From contig JAUYQR010000012.1 in assembly GCA_030697175.1 (NCBI GenBank), forward strand, positions 59,591 to 123,590: 64,000 nucleotides of DNA. Direction: 5' to 3'. A program made the translations under genes and the position numbers. Shown here piece after piece: positions 39,798 to 48,850 of this stretch. The stretch comes from Paracoccaceae bacterium. GTDB taxonomy: Bacteria; Pseudomonadota; Alphaproteobacteria; Rhodobacterales; Rhodobacteraceae. The notes under the pieces were generated by a model. The model saw only the letters and a list, made by a program, of their open reading frames with translations. It did not search any database and had not been told where the DNA came from. Every line of letters starts with the position of its first letter. The first letter of the stretch is position 1.

Positions 39798-40646
39798 ATG
39801 ATGATTTCTACCAAGCAACTCTTGAAAGCCTGTTCCCTGACGATCGCCCTTCTGGGGTCGGCCGCCATCGTGACCACCGTGTCGATGCCCGATGCAGCCT
39901 ATGCCAAGAATGGCAATGGCGGCGGCAATGGGAACGGCGGCGGCAATGGCGGCGGCAACGGAAATGGCAACGGCGGCGGCAACAGCGCACGGTCCGAAAG
40001 CAGCTCCAAGGCCTCCGGCGGCGGCGCTGAGGCCAAGTCGACGGCGAAAAGCGAAAAGTCCTCGGCCAAGAAATCCGGCAAGAAGAGCCTCTCGTCCCTG
40101 CTTGGCGTCAGCGCTTCTGACCTTGGCGCGCTGAATGCGGCCCACGCCAATCCCAACGCCCTGAAGAACGCGTCGCCCAATTCGCGCGTCGGCCGCATCG
40201 CTGCCTACCGCGACTCGGTTCTTGCCGGCGACGTGATTCAGGCGGATCTGGATGCCAAGGCTCTGGCGCTGGCCGACCTGCCCGAGCCAACCCGCACCGT
40301 TGCGGATATCGACACCGAACTGGCAACCCTTGATGGCACGATCTCGACCAAGACCACCGAGATCGCCGACCTTCAGGCACAGCTTGGCGGCGAAAACGAC
40401 GAAGAGATCCAGGGGCAGATCGACACCCTGAACGGCGAAATCGAAGCCGCACAACTGCAGCAGGAAGCTCTTGCTGGCGAGCGTGCGGATACCGTTGCCT
40501 ACGAAACGCTGGCCGGCGAAGTCGCCGATCTGGAACAGCAGGTCGCGGATCAGACCGCGGTCGAGCGTTCGCTTCTGGAGGCCGCCGCCAACAAGCCGGT
40601 GACCGACGAAGTGGAAGCAGCAGTCAAGATCCTGCTCGGTCTCTAA
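39798..40646 (+). CDS. Secreted protein: Gly/Asn tract, Ser/Lys-rich region, conserved LGALNAAHANPNAL...SRVGRIAAY block, acidic coiled coil
   Basis: Signal peptide with AYA cleavage site. NGNGGGNGNGGGNGGGNGNGNGGGN directly follows the signal. C-terminal half is heptad-like and Glu/Gln/Ala/Leu-rich. Followed by a terminator hairpin. Confidence 0.7.
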   Translation: MMISTKQLLKACSLTIALLGSAAIVTTVSMPDAAYAKNGNGGGNGNGGGNGGGNGNGNGGGNSARSESSSKASGGGAEAKSTAKSEKSSAKKSGKKSLSSLLGVSASDLGALNAAHANPNALKNASPNSRVGRIAAYRDSVLAGDVIQADLDAKALALADLPEPTRTVADIDTELATLDGTISTKTTEIADLQAQLGGENDEEIQGQIDTLNGEIEAAQLQQEALAGERADTVAYETLAGEVADLEQQVADQTAVERSLLEAAANKPVTDEVEAAVKILLGL

Positions 40647-40667
40647 CCGGCATTCAAGGCTGCAGGG

Positions 40668-40700
40668 ACTGCACCGGATATCCCCTTCCGGTGCAGTTTC
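40668..40700 (+). terminator. Rho-independent terminator of the 39798-40646 gene
   Basis: actgcaccgg-atatcccctt-ccggtgcagt followed by ttt. Confidence 0.6.
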
Positions 40701-40756
40701 CTTGTCGTCTTGCGGCAGGCCAAATGAACGGCAGGCTACAAGAACGGCAGGCCAAA

Positions 40757-40784
40757 TGAAAAAGGCCACCCGTCGGGTGGCCTT
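40757..40784 (-). terminator. Rho-independent terminator of the 40808-41080 ORF
   Basis: aaggccaccc-gtc-gggtggcctt. On the minus strand it is followed by TTTTTC. Confidence 0.65.
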
Positions 40785-40807
40785 GCCTGCTGAAACGAAA
40801 GGGCCGA

Positions 40808-41080
40808 TCAGGCGGCGATGGTGCGCGATGCGATCCGGTCGAGGGCGACCACCACGTCTTCGACTGGCGGGAAGCGGTTGAATTCCCCGGCAAACAGCGC
40901 AACACGGGCCGTCGCCGCCGCCATTGAGGAGCGCGGCTCATTTGGCCCGAGGTCCGCTGTCAGAGAGAGACGATCAAGGTCATTCGTCGATCGCAGCATG
41001 TTCAGCCCCCATCCCCCGGTCGAACCCGCCTGGATTCTGGCAAAAAAATTCCGACTCACCACGCCTTGATCTTGCAACAC
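40808..41080 (-). CDS. Hypothetical small protein
   Basis: 63-90 aa depending on the start (M at 41080 or 40999). Host-like GC3 usage and its own terminator 25 bp downstream. No recognised family. Confidence 0.4.
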   Translation of the reverse strand: MLQDQGVVSRNFFARIQAGSTGGWGLNMLRSTNDLDRLSLTADLGPNEPRSSMAAATARVALFAGEFNRFPPVEDVVVALDRIASRTIAA

Positions 41081-41243
41081 TGTTCTTTAACCAGCCGCGA
41101 ACCCGCCGTTCACATTGCGTTAAATTTCGCGCCGGCGCCCGGTCCTGCCGCCACCCCTGATGGCTTGCGCGGTCGAGGGCCGTTCTGCCCCCCGCGCAGG
41201 GCGGTCGGTCAGGCGTGCAACTGCGGGCAACAAGGCCTGGGTG

Positions 41244-43049
41244 TCACTCTGCCTCGGCAAGTTCCATCCCGGTCGAGAATTGCCGATCGTAAAGATTGCG
41301 GAACTTGCCGCCCTTTGCCATCAGATCAGCGAACCGTCCGGCTTCGACCAGCTTGCCGTTTTCCAGATAGCAGATCAGGTCGGCGCGCAGGACGGTCGAC
41401 AGGCGGTGCGCGACGACCACGGTGGTCACGCCTCGGGTGACCCGCAAGAGGGCGTCGCGCACCAGCTCTTCGGAGTGGGTGTCGAGCGCGCTCGTCGCCT
41501 CGTCCAGAAGCAGGATTTCCGGCCGCCGCAAGACCGCCCGCGCAATCGCCAACCGCTGCCGCTGGCCGCCCGACAGAAACAGGCCGTTTTCGCCAATGGT
41601 GGTGTCATAGCCCTTGGGAAGGGCCGAGATGAACTCGTCGGCATGGGCCACCCGCGCAGCCGCGATGATTTCTGCGTCGTCCGCCTCGGGCCGGACCAGC
41701 CGCAGGTTTTCGCGCACCGTGCCGGAAAACAGGAACGTATCCTGCCCGACGTAAGACATCTTGCGGCGCAGCGCCGCAAAGCGCACCTGACGCAGGTCGA
41801 CCCCGTCAATCAGGATGCGGCCTTCGTCGGGGTCATGAAGCCGCAACAGCAGGTTCAGGACAGTTGACTTGCCGCTGCCCGACGGCCCGACCAGCGCGGT
41901 GGTCCCGCCCTGCGGCAGATCGAGGCTAAGCCCTTCGATCACCCGCTGCCCGTCGGCATAGCCGAAGCTGACGTTGTCGATCTTGATGACCCCGGCGCCA
42001 ACCGGCAGATCAACCGCATCGGCGGCCTCTGACATGCCGCGCGGGCGGTCGATCAGGTCATACATCATCCGCACCCCGACCATGCCGCCCTCGATGATGA
42101 CCCGCATCCGCGACAGCCGCTTTGCCGGCTCGTAAGCCATCAGAAAGGCGGTCACGAAAGACATCAGTTGCCCCGGCGTGCCGGCAGCGTGGCCAAAGAA
42201 GCTGACCGTGCTGAGCAGGACGATCGAGCCGATCGCGACGCCGGCGATGGTGTCCATCAGGGGCGTCGTTGCCGCCTCCAGCCGGACCATCTTGTTGGCG
42301 CGCTTTTCCACCGCCCGCACCGCCGTATCCATCCGGTCGATCATCAGACCTTCCAGCGCGAAGGCCTTGATCACCCGCGTGCCGGTCGAGGTTTCCTGCA
42401 CCACGCGAAAGATTTCTGCGATGCCTGCCATTTCCTGCGACATCACCTCGCGCACCCGGGTCAGGATCCGCCGCACCCCCATGATCCCCAAGGGGCCAAT
42501 CACCAGACAGACAAGCGACAGGAACGGCTGCTGCCAGAACATCACCGCCACCAGACCGATCAGGGTCAGAAGATCGCGGACAAAGCCGGTGACGATGGTG
42601 TCGATCACGGTGCGGGCCATCTGTGCGCTTTGCGTGACACGAACCAGAACGTCCGAGGATTCCGTGCGCGAAAAGAAGGCGACGTCCTGCTCCAGAAGGC
42701 GGCGGTAAAGCTCGGCCTGCTTTTGCGCCACGATCCGGTTGCCCGCCCGCGCCATCAGCACCATCTGGGCATAGGAGGCGAGGCCCCGCACGATGAAGAT
42801 GCCCGCCACCGCGCCCGCCACCAGGATGACCTTCGCGCGCTCTTCGGGGTTGGTCATGGTGTCGACGATTGCGCCCATGATCCAGGCTGTGGCCGCGGTC
42901 GTGGCCGCGACGACCACCATGGCCAGGATTGCCACAAGGTAGCGTCCGCTGTGTTCCGGCAGGTTTTCCAGCAACAGCCGGCCAAGCAGGCTGGTCTGTG
43001 ACAGGTGTCGCATCTTCCGTGCCCAGCGGGCCTTTAGAAAGCTGATCAT
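41244..43049 (-). CDS. ABC exporter, fused permease/ATPase (MsbA/ABCB type)
   Basis: Start trimmed to MISFLKARW. Six TM helices, then Walker A GPSGSGKST, signature LSGGQRQR, Walker B LLLDEATSALD. Confidence 0.85.
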   Translation of the reverse strand: MISFLKARWARKMRHLSQTSLLGRLLLENLPEHSGRYLVAILAMVVVAATTAATAWIMGAIVDTMTNPEERAKVILVAGAVAGIFIVRGLASYAQMVLMARAGNRIVAQKQAELYRRLLEQDVAFFSRTESSDVLVRVTQSAQMARTVIDTIVTGFVRDLLTLIGLVAVMFWQQPFLSLVCLVIGPLGIMGVRRILTRVREVMSQEMAGIAEIFRVVQETSTGTRVIKAFALEGLMIDRMDTAVRAVEKRANKMVRLEAATTPLMDTIAGVAIGSIVLLSTVSFFGHAAGTPGQLMSFVTAFLMAYEPAKRLSRMRVIIEGGMVGVRMMYDLIDRPRGMSEAADAVDLPVGAGVIKIDNVSFGYADGQRVIEGLSLDLPQGGTTALVGPSGSGKSTVLNLLLRLHDPDEGRILIDGVDLRQVRFAALRRKMSYVGQDTFLFSGTVRENLRLVRPEADDAEIIAAARVAHADEFISALPKGYDTTIGENGLFLSGGQRQRLAIARAVLRRPEILLLDEATSALDTHSEELVRDALLRVTRGVTTVVVAHRLSTVLRADLICYLENGKLVEAGRFADLMAKGGKFRNLYDRQFSTGMELAEAE

Positions 43050-43299
43050 TGTCCGGCTGGTTGCCTCTGGTAAGCGACACGCGGGCCGCGTGAAACGGGT
43101 GGCATCAAGGACGGAATCCAAGGTCCGCCGGTTGAAATCGGGCACGTCCCGAACCTTACCGCACGGCGCGGTCAAATGCCAAAGCCGTTTCCTAAGGATG
43201 GCCACCCCGGAACGCAAGGCCGCAGCGTCATGCAGCGGCGCGGGCTGTGCTTTCGCTGGCCGATGGATCGGCTGCTGCGCCCGGATCAGCGCCTGACCC

Positions 43300-44019
43300 C
43301 TAGCCCGTCAGGTCGGCCATGACAGATCCCGCAGCCTCGCCGTCACCGCGTTCGATGGCGCGCACCAGTGCGTCGTATCGGGCGGCGTGATGCGCGGCCA
43401 GGCCCTCGGCGGGGGGATCGCGGTCGGCGGTCAGGCGAGCCACGACGTTGACTGCGACGCCAAACTCCAGAATGGCAGACGAGGCCCGCAGAAACGGGTT
43501 GCCGGAGGCTTCGGTGACGACACGGTGGATCTCGAACTCGGCCATCGCGAACGGTTCGGGCTGGTGCGCCATCACCGTTCGCTGGTTCAGCCAATAGTGC
43601 AAAAGCCGGACATGCTCGGCCTCGCGGTGAACGGCGGCAAGCCGCGCCGCCTGCACCTCCAGGCTTTGCCGCACCGCACGGAAGGCCACCAGGAACGCCG
43701 GCGACGGGCCGCTTTCCAGTTTCCACGACAGGATCTGGCGGTCAAACAGGTTCCAGCGCGATTGCGGCAGGACGCGGGTGCCGACCTTGGCACGCGCCTC
43801 GACCAGCCCCTTTGCCTCCAGCGTCTTCAGCGCCTCGCGCAGCACGGTGCGCGACACACCGAAACGGTCCATCATCTCGGCATCGCCCGGCAGGCTTGAT
43901 CCCACCGGCATGTTGCCCGAAACGATGGCGCGGCCAACCTCGTTGATCACGTAGGAATGGAAGTTCCGCGCCACTTGCCGCCCGGAGAGCGTTCGGATCA
44001 GGCTCCCGGGTTCGCTCAT
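43300..44019 (-). CDS. GntR/FadR-family transcriptional regulator
   Basis: Winged helix-turn-helix (LPGDAEMMDRFGVSRTVLREALKTLEAKGLV) plus an all-helical FCD-type domain. Confidence 0.85.
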   Translation of the reverse strand: MSEPGSLIRTLSGRQVARNFHSYVINEVGRAIVSGNMPVGSSLPGDAEMMDRFGVSRTVLREALKTLEAKGLVEARAKVGTRVLPQSRWNLFDRQILSWKLESGPSPAFLVAFRAVRQSLEVQAARLAAVHREAEHVRLLHYWLNQRTVMAHQPEPFAMAEFEIHRVVTEASGNPFLRASSAILEFGVAVNVVARLTADRDPPAEGLAAHHAARYDALVRAIERGDGEAAGSVMADLTG

Positions 44020-44037
44020 ATCAATTGGTCCACGGCC

Positions 44038-44997
44038 TCAGGTTCGTCGCGATCCGGCCCGGAACACGAGCCGTTGCAGCAAGATGAACATAAACAAAAG
44101 CACGCCGACCACAATCTTGGTCCACCAACTGGACAGGGTTCCGTCAAAGACGATGTAAGTCTGCACCAGACCCTGCAGCATCACCCCGATGAAGGTGCCC
44201 GCGATGAAGCCGTAGCCGCCGGTCAAGAGCGTGCCGCCGATGACGACGGCGGCGATGGCGTCCAGTTCCACCCCCAGCGCGTTCAGCGAATATCCCGCCG
44301 AGGTATAAAGCGAAAACACCACCCCGGCGAGCCCCGCCAGCGCCGAGGACAGCGCGTAGATCATGATCGTCGTGCGTGCGACCGGCACGCCCATCAGCGC
44401 GGCCGAGGTTTCGGACCCGCCAAGCGCATAGACGTTCGACCCGAACCGGGTGCGGTGTGCCAGCAATATCGCCCCGGCAAACACGACCAGCATGATGATC
44501 CCGATCACGGTCAGCCGACCGCCGCCCGGCAACAGGATGTAGCTTTTTGACACCGTCGAATAGAACTCGTGCTGGATGCCGATGCTGTCGGACGACAGCA
44601 CCGAGGCGCCGCCACGGGCAAGGAACATGCCCGCCAGCGTGACGATGAAGCTGGGCACCTTGAGGTAGTGGATCGCGGCCCCCATCACGGCGCCGAAACT
44701 GCCGGCCACGCCAAGCGCGATGGCAAAGGCCAAAAGCGGGTGCAGATCAAGCCACATGATCAAGACGGCGATCAGGACGGTGGTGAACCCGATCACCGCG
44801 CCCACCGACAGGTCGATCCCGCCCGACAGGATCACGAAGGTCATCCCGACCGCCGCAATCCCGAGAAAGGCGTTGTCTGTCAGAAAGTTGCCCAGAACGC
44901 GGGTGGACATCATGGCCGGGTGCTGCAGCACCGCCAGAAGGAACGCAAAGAGGAAGATCAGGGTGGTTGCCACAAGCGGGCGCAGGCTGCGGTTCAT
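44038..44997 (-). CDS. yjfF: Galactofuranose-type ABC permease (YjfF-like)
   Basis: Start trimmed to MNRSLRPL. RbsC-type permease, last gene of a ytfQRT-yjfF-ordered operon. Confidence 0.75.
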   Translation of the reverse strand: MNRSLRPLVATTLIFLFAFLLAVLQHPAMMSTRVLGNFLTDNAFLGIAAVGMTFVILSGGIDLSVGAVIGFTTVLIAVLIMWLDLHPLLAFAIALGVAGSFGAVMGAAIHYLKVPSFIVTLAGMFLARGGASVLSSDSIGIQHEFYSTVSKSYILLPGGGRLTVIGIIMLVVFAGAILLAHRTRFGSNVYALGGSETSAALMGVPVARTTIMIYALSSALAGLAGVVFSLYTSAGYSLNALGVELDAIAAVVIGGTLLTGGYGFIAGTFIGVMLQGLVQTYIVFDGTLSSWWTKIVVGVLLFMFILLQRLVFRAGSRRT

Positions 44998-46034
44998 TTG
45001 GGTGTTCCGGGTAGGCGGCGCAAAAGCCGTGCCGACAGGGGCGATTGCAGGACAAGAATGACGATGATCACCGCCGATTTGACGACGAGGTTGAACTCTG
45101 GCGAAAAGCCCGAAATCAGGATGCCGGTGTTCATCGCCTGAATGATCATCGCGCCGAGGACGGCCATCGGGATCGAAAACCGCCCGCCCATCAGCGAGGT
45201 GCCGCCGATCACCACCGCCAGGATCGCGTCCAGCTCCAGCCAGAGGCCGGCGTTGTTGGCGTCCGCACCCCGGATGTCGCCGGCGACGATCAGTCCGGCT
45301 ATCGCGGCGCAAAACCCCGCAAAGGTGTAGACGATGAGCAAAAGCGCGTTGGCCGAAAGCCCCGCAAACCGCGCGGCCGAGCGGTTGACGCCCACCGCCT
45401 CGATCAGCAGGCCCAGCGCGGTGCGGCGCACGATCAGCGTGGCCGCGACCATCAGGACCAGCGCGATGATCACCGGCATCGGCAGGCCCAGAAACGATCC
45501 GGTCCCGATGAAGATCAGCAGCGGGTCGGAAAACGTGACGATGTAGCCTTCGGTCACCAACTGCGCGAGGCCGCGTCCCGCCACCATCAGAACCAGTGTT
45601 GCGATGATCGGCTGGATATCCAGAACCGTCACCAGAATTCCGTTCCACAGGCCGCACAGAAGCCCGGTGCCAAGCGCCACCAGCACCGCCACCGGCGCCG
45701 CCACACCCGAGGTGACCAGCACCGCCGCCACCGCCCCGCTGATCGCCATCACCGCGCCGACCGAAAGATCGACACCCTTCGTGGCAATCACCGCCGTCAT
45801 CCCGATGGCAAGGATCGCGACCGGCGCGCCCCGGTTCAACACGTCGATCAGGCTGCCGAACAGCCGCCCGTCCTGCCAGGTGATGGTGAAGAACCCCGGA
45901 AACAGCGCCCAGTTGACCAAAAGCACCGCCACCAGCGCAATGACCTGCGGCCGAACCAGAAGGCTGGTGATCGGCCGCGATGGCGCCCGAGGCGGCTGGG
46001 TCGTGGGCCGCAGATCAACGGTAGGACGGGTCAC
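44994..46034 (-). CDS. ytfT: Galactofuranose-type ABC permease (YtfT-like)
   Basis: 346 aa RbsC-type permease. Overlaps both neighbours by 4 nt. Confidence 0.75.
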   Translation of the reverse strand: MTRPTVDLRPTTQPPRAPSRPITSLLVRPQVIALVAVLLVNWALFPGFFTITWQDGRLFGSLIDVLNRGAPVAILAIGMTAVIATKGVDLSVGAVMAISGAVAAVLVTSGVAAPVAVLVALGTGLLCGLWNGILVTVLDIQPIIATLVLMVAGRGLAQLVTEGYIVTFSDPLLIFIGTGSFLGLPMPVIIALVLMVAATLIVRRTALGLLIEAVGVNRSAARFAGLSANALLLIVYTFAGFCAAIAGLIVAGDIRGADANNAGLWLELDAILAVVIGGTSLMGGRFSIPMAVLGAMIIQAMNTGILISGFSPEFNLVVKSAVIIVILVLQSPLSARLLRRLPGTPK

Positions 46035-47551
46035 GGGCGCACCTCTGCACGGGTTCCGGCAATGGATTGGACGATGACATCGGGCGCGATATCGTCGCCG
46101 TGCAGTTCGGCAACCATCTCGCGGTCGCGCATCACGACGATGCGGTTGGAATAGGCGACAACTTCATCCAGTTCGGACGAGATGACGAACAGCGCCAGCC
46201 CCTCTTCGCGCAAGCGGTTGATCGTGCGAACGATTTCGGCATGGGCGCCAACGTCGATGCCGCGCGTCGGCTCGTCCAGGATCAGGAAGGTCGGGTCGAT
46301 CGCCAGCCAGCGCGCCAGGATCACCTTCTGCTGGTTGCCGCCCGACAACAGCTTTACCGGCATGTCATGGTCTGCCGCGCGGATATCCAGCGCCTCGGCA
46401 TAGCGCCCCGAAAGCTCGATCTGGTCGTCTCGGTTCAGCGCCTTGAACCAGCCAAGCTTGGCCTGCAGCGCGATGATGATGTTTTCGCGCACCGACAGAT
46501 CGCCGAAGATGCCGTCCAGTTTGCGGTCCTCGGGGCAAAAGCCAAAGCCCGCCGCGACAGCCTGCGCGGGGTTGCGGATGGTGACGGGCTGGCCATCGAC
46601 CGTGATCGTGCCACCTTCGGCCGCATCGACGCCGAACATCAGCCGTGCCACCTCGGTCCTGCCGGAGCCGAGAAGCCCTGCCACGCCAACCACCTCGCCC
46701 TCGTGAACGGCAAGGTCGAAGGGCGTCATGCCCTTGCGGCCGAGGCCCTTGAATTCCACCCGGACAGCGCCCTGCGGCCCCCCGGAAAGCGATGTGGGAT
46801 GGTGTTCGAAGGCCAGATCCTTGCCCAGCATCATGCGAACCACGTCGGTGGTGTTCACCGCCGACAAGGGCTGCGTCGCCACCTTGCGACCGTTGCGCAG
46901 GATCGTGACGCGGTCGGCAAGCGCAAAGACCTGGTCAAGGAAATGCGTGATGAAGATGATTGCCAGGCCCTTGGCCTTCAGCCCGCGCACCACGTCGAAC
47001 AGGCGCTCCACCTCGTTGCGGTCAAGACTGGCGGTCGGCTCGTCCAGGACCAGCACCTTGCCCGACAGTTCCACCGCCCGCGCGATGGCGACGATCTGCT
47101 GCACGGCCACCGAAAATTCCGAAAGCTCGGCGCGCACGTCGAGATCAAGGCCGTAGCGGGCCAGCAGCGCCCGCGCCTGCCCCTCGATCTCGCGCCGCTT
47201 GACCAGGCCGAACCGGGTGGGCTGGCGACCAAGGAACAGGTTTTCCGCGACCGAGCGGTTCGGCAACAGGTTCACCTCCTGATACACCGTGCCGATGCCG
47301 TAGGTCTGCCCGTGCAACGGGTCGCGCAGCGTGATCGGCTGACCCTCCAGCAGCAAGTCACCGCCGTCGGGCTGGTAGGCACCGGTCAGGATCTTGATCA
47401 GCGTCGATTTGCCCGCGCCATTTTCGCCCAGAAGCGCATGCACCTCGCCTGGAAGGGCGGTGAAATCCACGGCATCCAGCGCCCGGTGCTGGCCAAAGAC
47501 CTTGACGATCCCGCGCGCCTCCAGAACCGGCTTCTGCCCCGTCTCGATCAT
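46031..47551 (-). CDS. ytfR: Sugar ABC ATPase, duplicated cassette (YtfR-like)
   Basis: Start trimmed to MIETGQKPVLEARGIVKVFG. First cassette has Walker A GENGAGKST; a second, partly degenerate cassette carries the signature LSGGNQQK. Confidence 0.85.
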   Translation of the reverse strand: MIETGQKPVLEARGIVKVFGQHRALDAVDFTALPGEVHALLGENGAGKSTLIKILTGAYQPDGGDLLLEGQPITLRDPLHGQTYGIGTVYQEVNLLPNRSVAENLFLGRQPTRFGLVKRREIEGQARALLARYGLDLDVRAELSEFSVAVQQIVAIARAVELSGKVLVLDEPTASLDRNEVERLFDVVRGLKAKGLAIIFITHFLDQVFALADRVTILRNGRKVATQPLSAVNTTDVVRMMLGKDLAFEHHPTSLSGGPQGAVRVEFKGLGRKGMTPFDLAVHEGEVVGVAGLLGSGRTEVARLMFGVDAAEGGTITVDGQPVTIRNPAQAVAAGFGFCPEDRKLDGIFGDLSVRENIIIALQAKLGWFKALNRDDQIELSGRYAEALDIRAADHDMPVKLLSGGNQQKVILARWLAIDPTFLILDEPTRGIDVGAHAEIVRTINRLREEGLALFVISSELDEVVAYSNRIVVMRDREMVAELHGDDIAPDVIVQSIAGTRAEVRP

Positions 47552-47660
47552 CCCCCGACCTCCCCTTCGTGTCTTCAAGTCTCCGCTCTTCCAGCGGATA
47601 AAGCAATTCCGCCGGGCAAAGGCGCGACCCCTGGCCCGGCGGCACCTCGGCGGAGGAAAC

Positions 47661-48632
47661 CTAGTATCCGAGGCCTTTGCGGCGGTCATATTCGCCCTGC
47701 GGATCATCCGCCGGGGTGTAGAGCCTGGATTCAGTGATGATGAACTTTTCGGGGGCGGTGCCCGCGTTCAGATAGGCATCTAGCGCGTCGAAGGCGGGGC
47801 CTGCCATGTTGGGCGTCAGCTCCACTGTTGCGTTCGCTTCACCGGCAACCATCGCCGCGAAGATATCCGGAACCGCGTCGATCGACACGACAAGGATATC
47901 CGTGCCCGGCTTCAGGCCCGCATCCTTGATCGCCTGGATCGCACCCACCGCCATGTCGTCGTTGTGGGCATAGACCGCGCAGATGTTCTTGCCGCCGTCT
48001 TCGGCCTTGATGAAGCCTTCCATCACTTCCTTGCCCTTCGACCGGGTGAAATCGCCGGTCTGGCTGCGGGTGATGGTCAGGTTCGCCTTGCCCGCCAGCG
48101 CTTCTTCAAAGCCCTGCTTGCGGTTGATCGCAGGCGACGAGCCTACGGTGCCTTGCAGTTCGACCACGTTGCACTGCTTGTCGCCGACGGCGCCGACCAG
48201 CCATTCGCCAGCGACGCGGCCTTCCTTGACCTGATCCGACGCGACCGAGGTCAGATACAGGTCTTCCGGGGCTTCGATGCCGCGGTCCAGAAGCACGACG
48301 GGAATGTTTGCCTCCTTCGCTTCGGTCAGGACTTCTTCCCAGCCGGTGGCCACAACCGGGGCCACCAGAATGGCGTCAACGCCTTGCGCGATGAAGCCAC
48401 GGATCGCCTTGATCTGGTTTTCCTGCTTTTGCTGGGCATCCGCGAACTTGAGGTCAATGCCCCGTTCCGCAGCGACCGCCTTGGTCACGCTTGTCTCGGC
48501 CGCGCGCCAGCCGGACTCTGATCCGATCTGCGAAAATCCGATGACTTTGCCTTGCAGACCTTCGGCGTAGGCCGCCGACATCAACAAGCCAGCCAGTCCC
48601 GCGCCAAGCGCGAGAGTATTGAAAATCTTCAT
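47661..48632 (-). CDS. ytfQ: Periplasmic galactofuranose-binding protein (YtfQ-like)
   Basis: Start trimmed to MKIFNTLALGAG. The long block GFSQIGSESGWRAAETSVTKAVAAERGIDLKFADAQQKQENQIKAIRGFIAQGVDAILVAPVVATGWEEVL is near-collinear with E. coli YtfQ as I recall it. Confidence 0.85.
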   Translation of the reverse strand: MKIFNTLALGAGLAGLLMSAAYAEGLQGKVIGFSQIGSESGWRAAETSVTKAVAAERGIDLKFADAQQKQENQIKAIRGFIAQGVDAILVAPVVATGWEEVLTEAKEANIPVVLLDRGIEAPEDLYLTSVASDQVKEGRVAGEWLVGAVGDKQCNVVELQGTVGSSPAINRKQGFEEALAGKANLTITRSQTGDFTRSKGKEVMEGFIKAEDGGKNICAVYAHNDDMAVGAIQAIKDAGLKPGTDILVVSIDAVPDIFAAMVAGEANATVELTPNMAGPAFDALDAYLNAGTAPEKFIITESRLYTPADDPQGEYDRRKGLGY

Positions 48633-48850
48633 TTCTTCCTCCCAGTGGAAATCTTGGCCACTCTCCTCAGGTGGCTGTGGCGACGTTATCAAAAGTATTA
48701 CTATATGCAAGAAATCCTTCACTTCGTCCGCCTTGACCCAAAGCTGCTGAACAATGCCTGCGCAGCGAAAACGGCCCGTTCCCAAGAATACCCGTGGTCT
48801 TTCATCAGCCTGCGGGACGCTGCAGAGCGGCGAGCCAAAGGCCGTGGGGT

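Noticed and set aside
40818-41069. Plus-strand 83-aa ORF overlapping the 40808-41080 minus-strand ORF
   Set aside because: The minus-strand frame has better GC3 usage and a matching terminator immediately downstream. The plus-strand product is Ser/Arg-rich and lacks a terminator.
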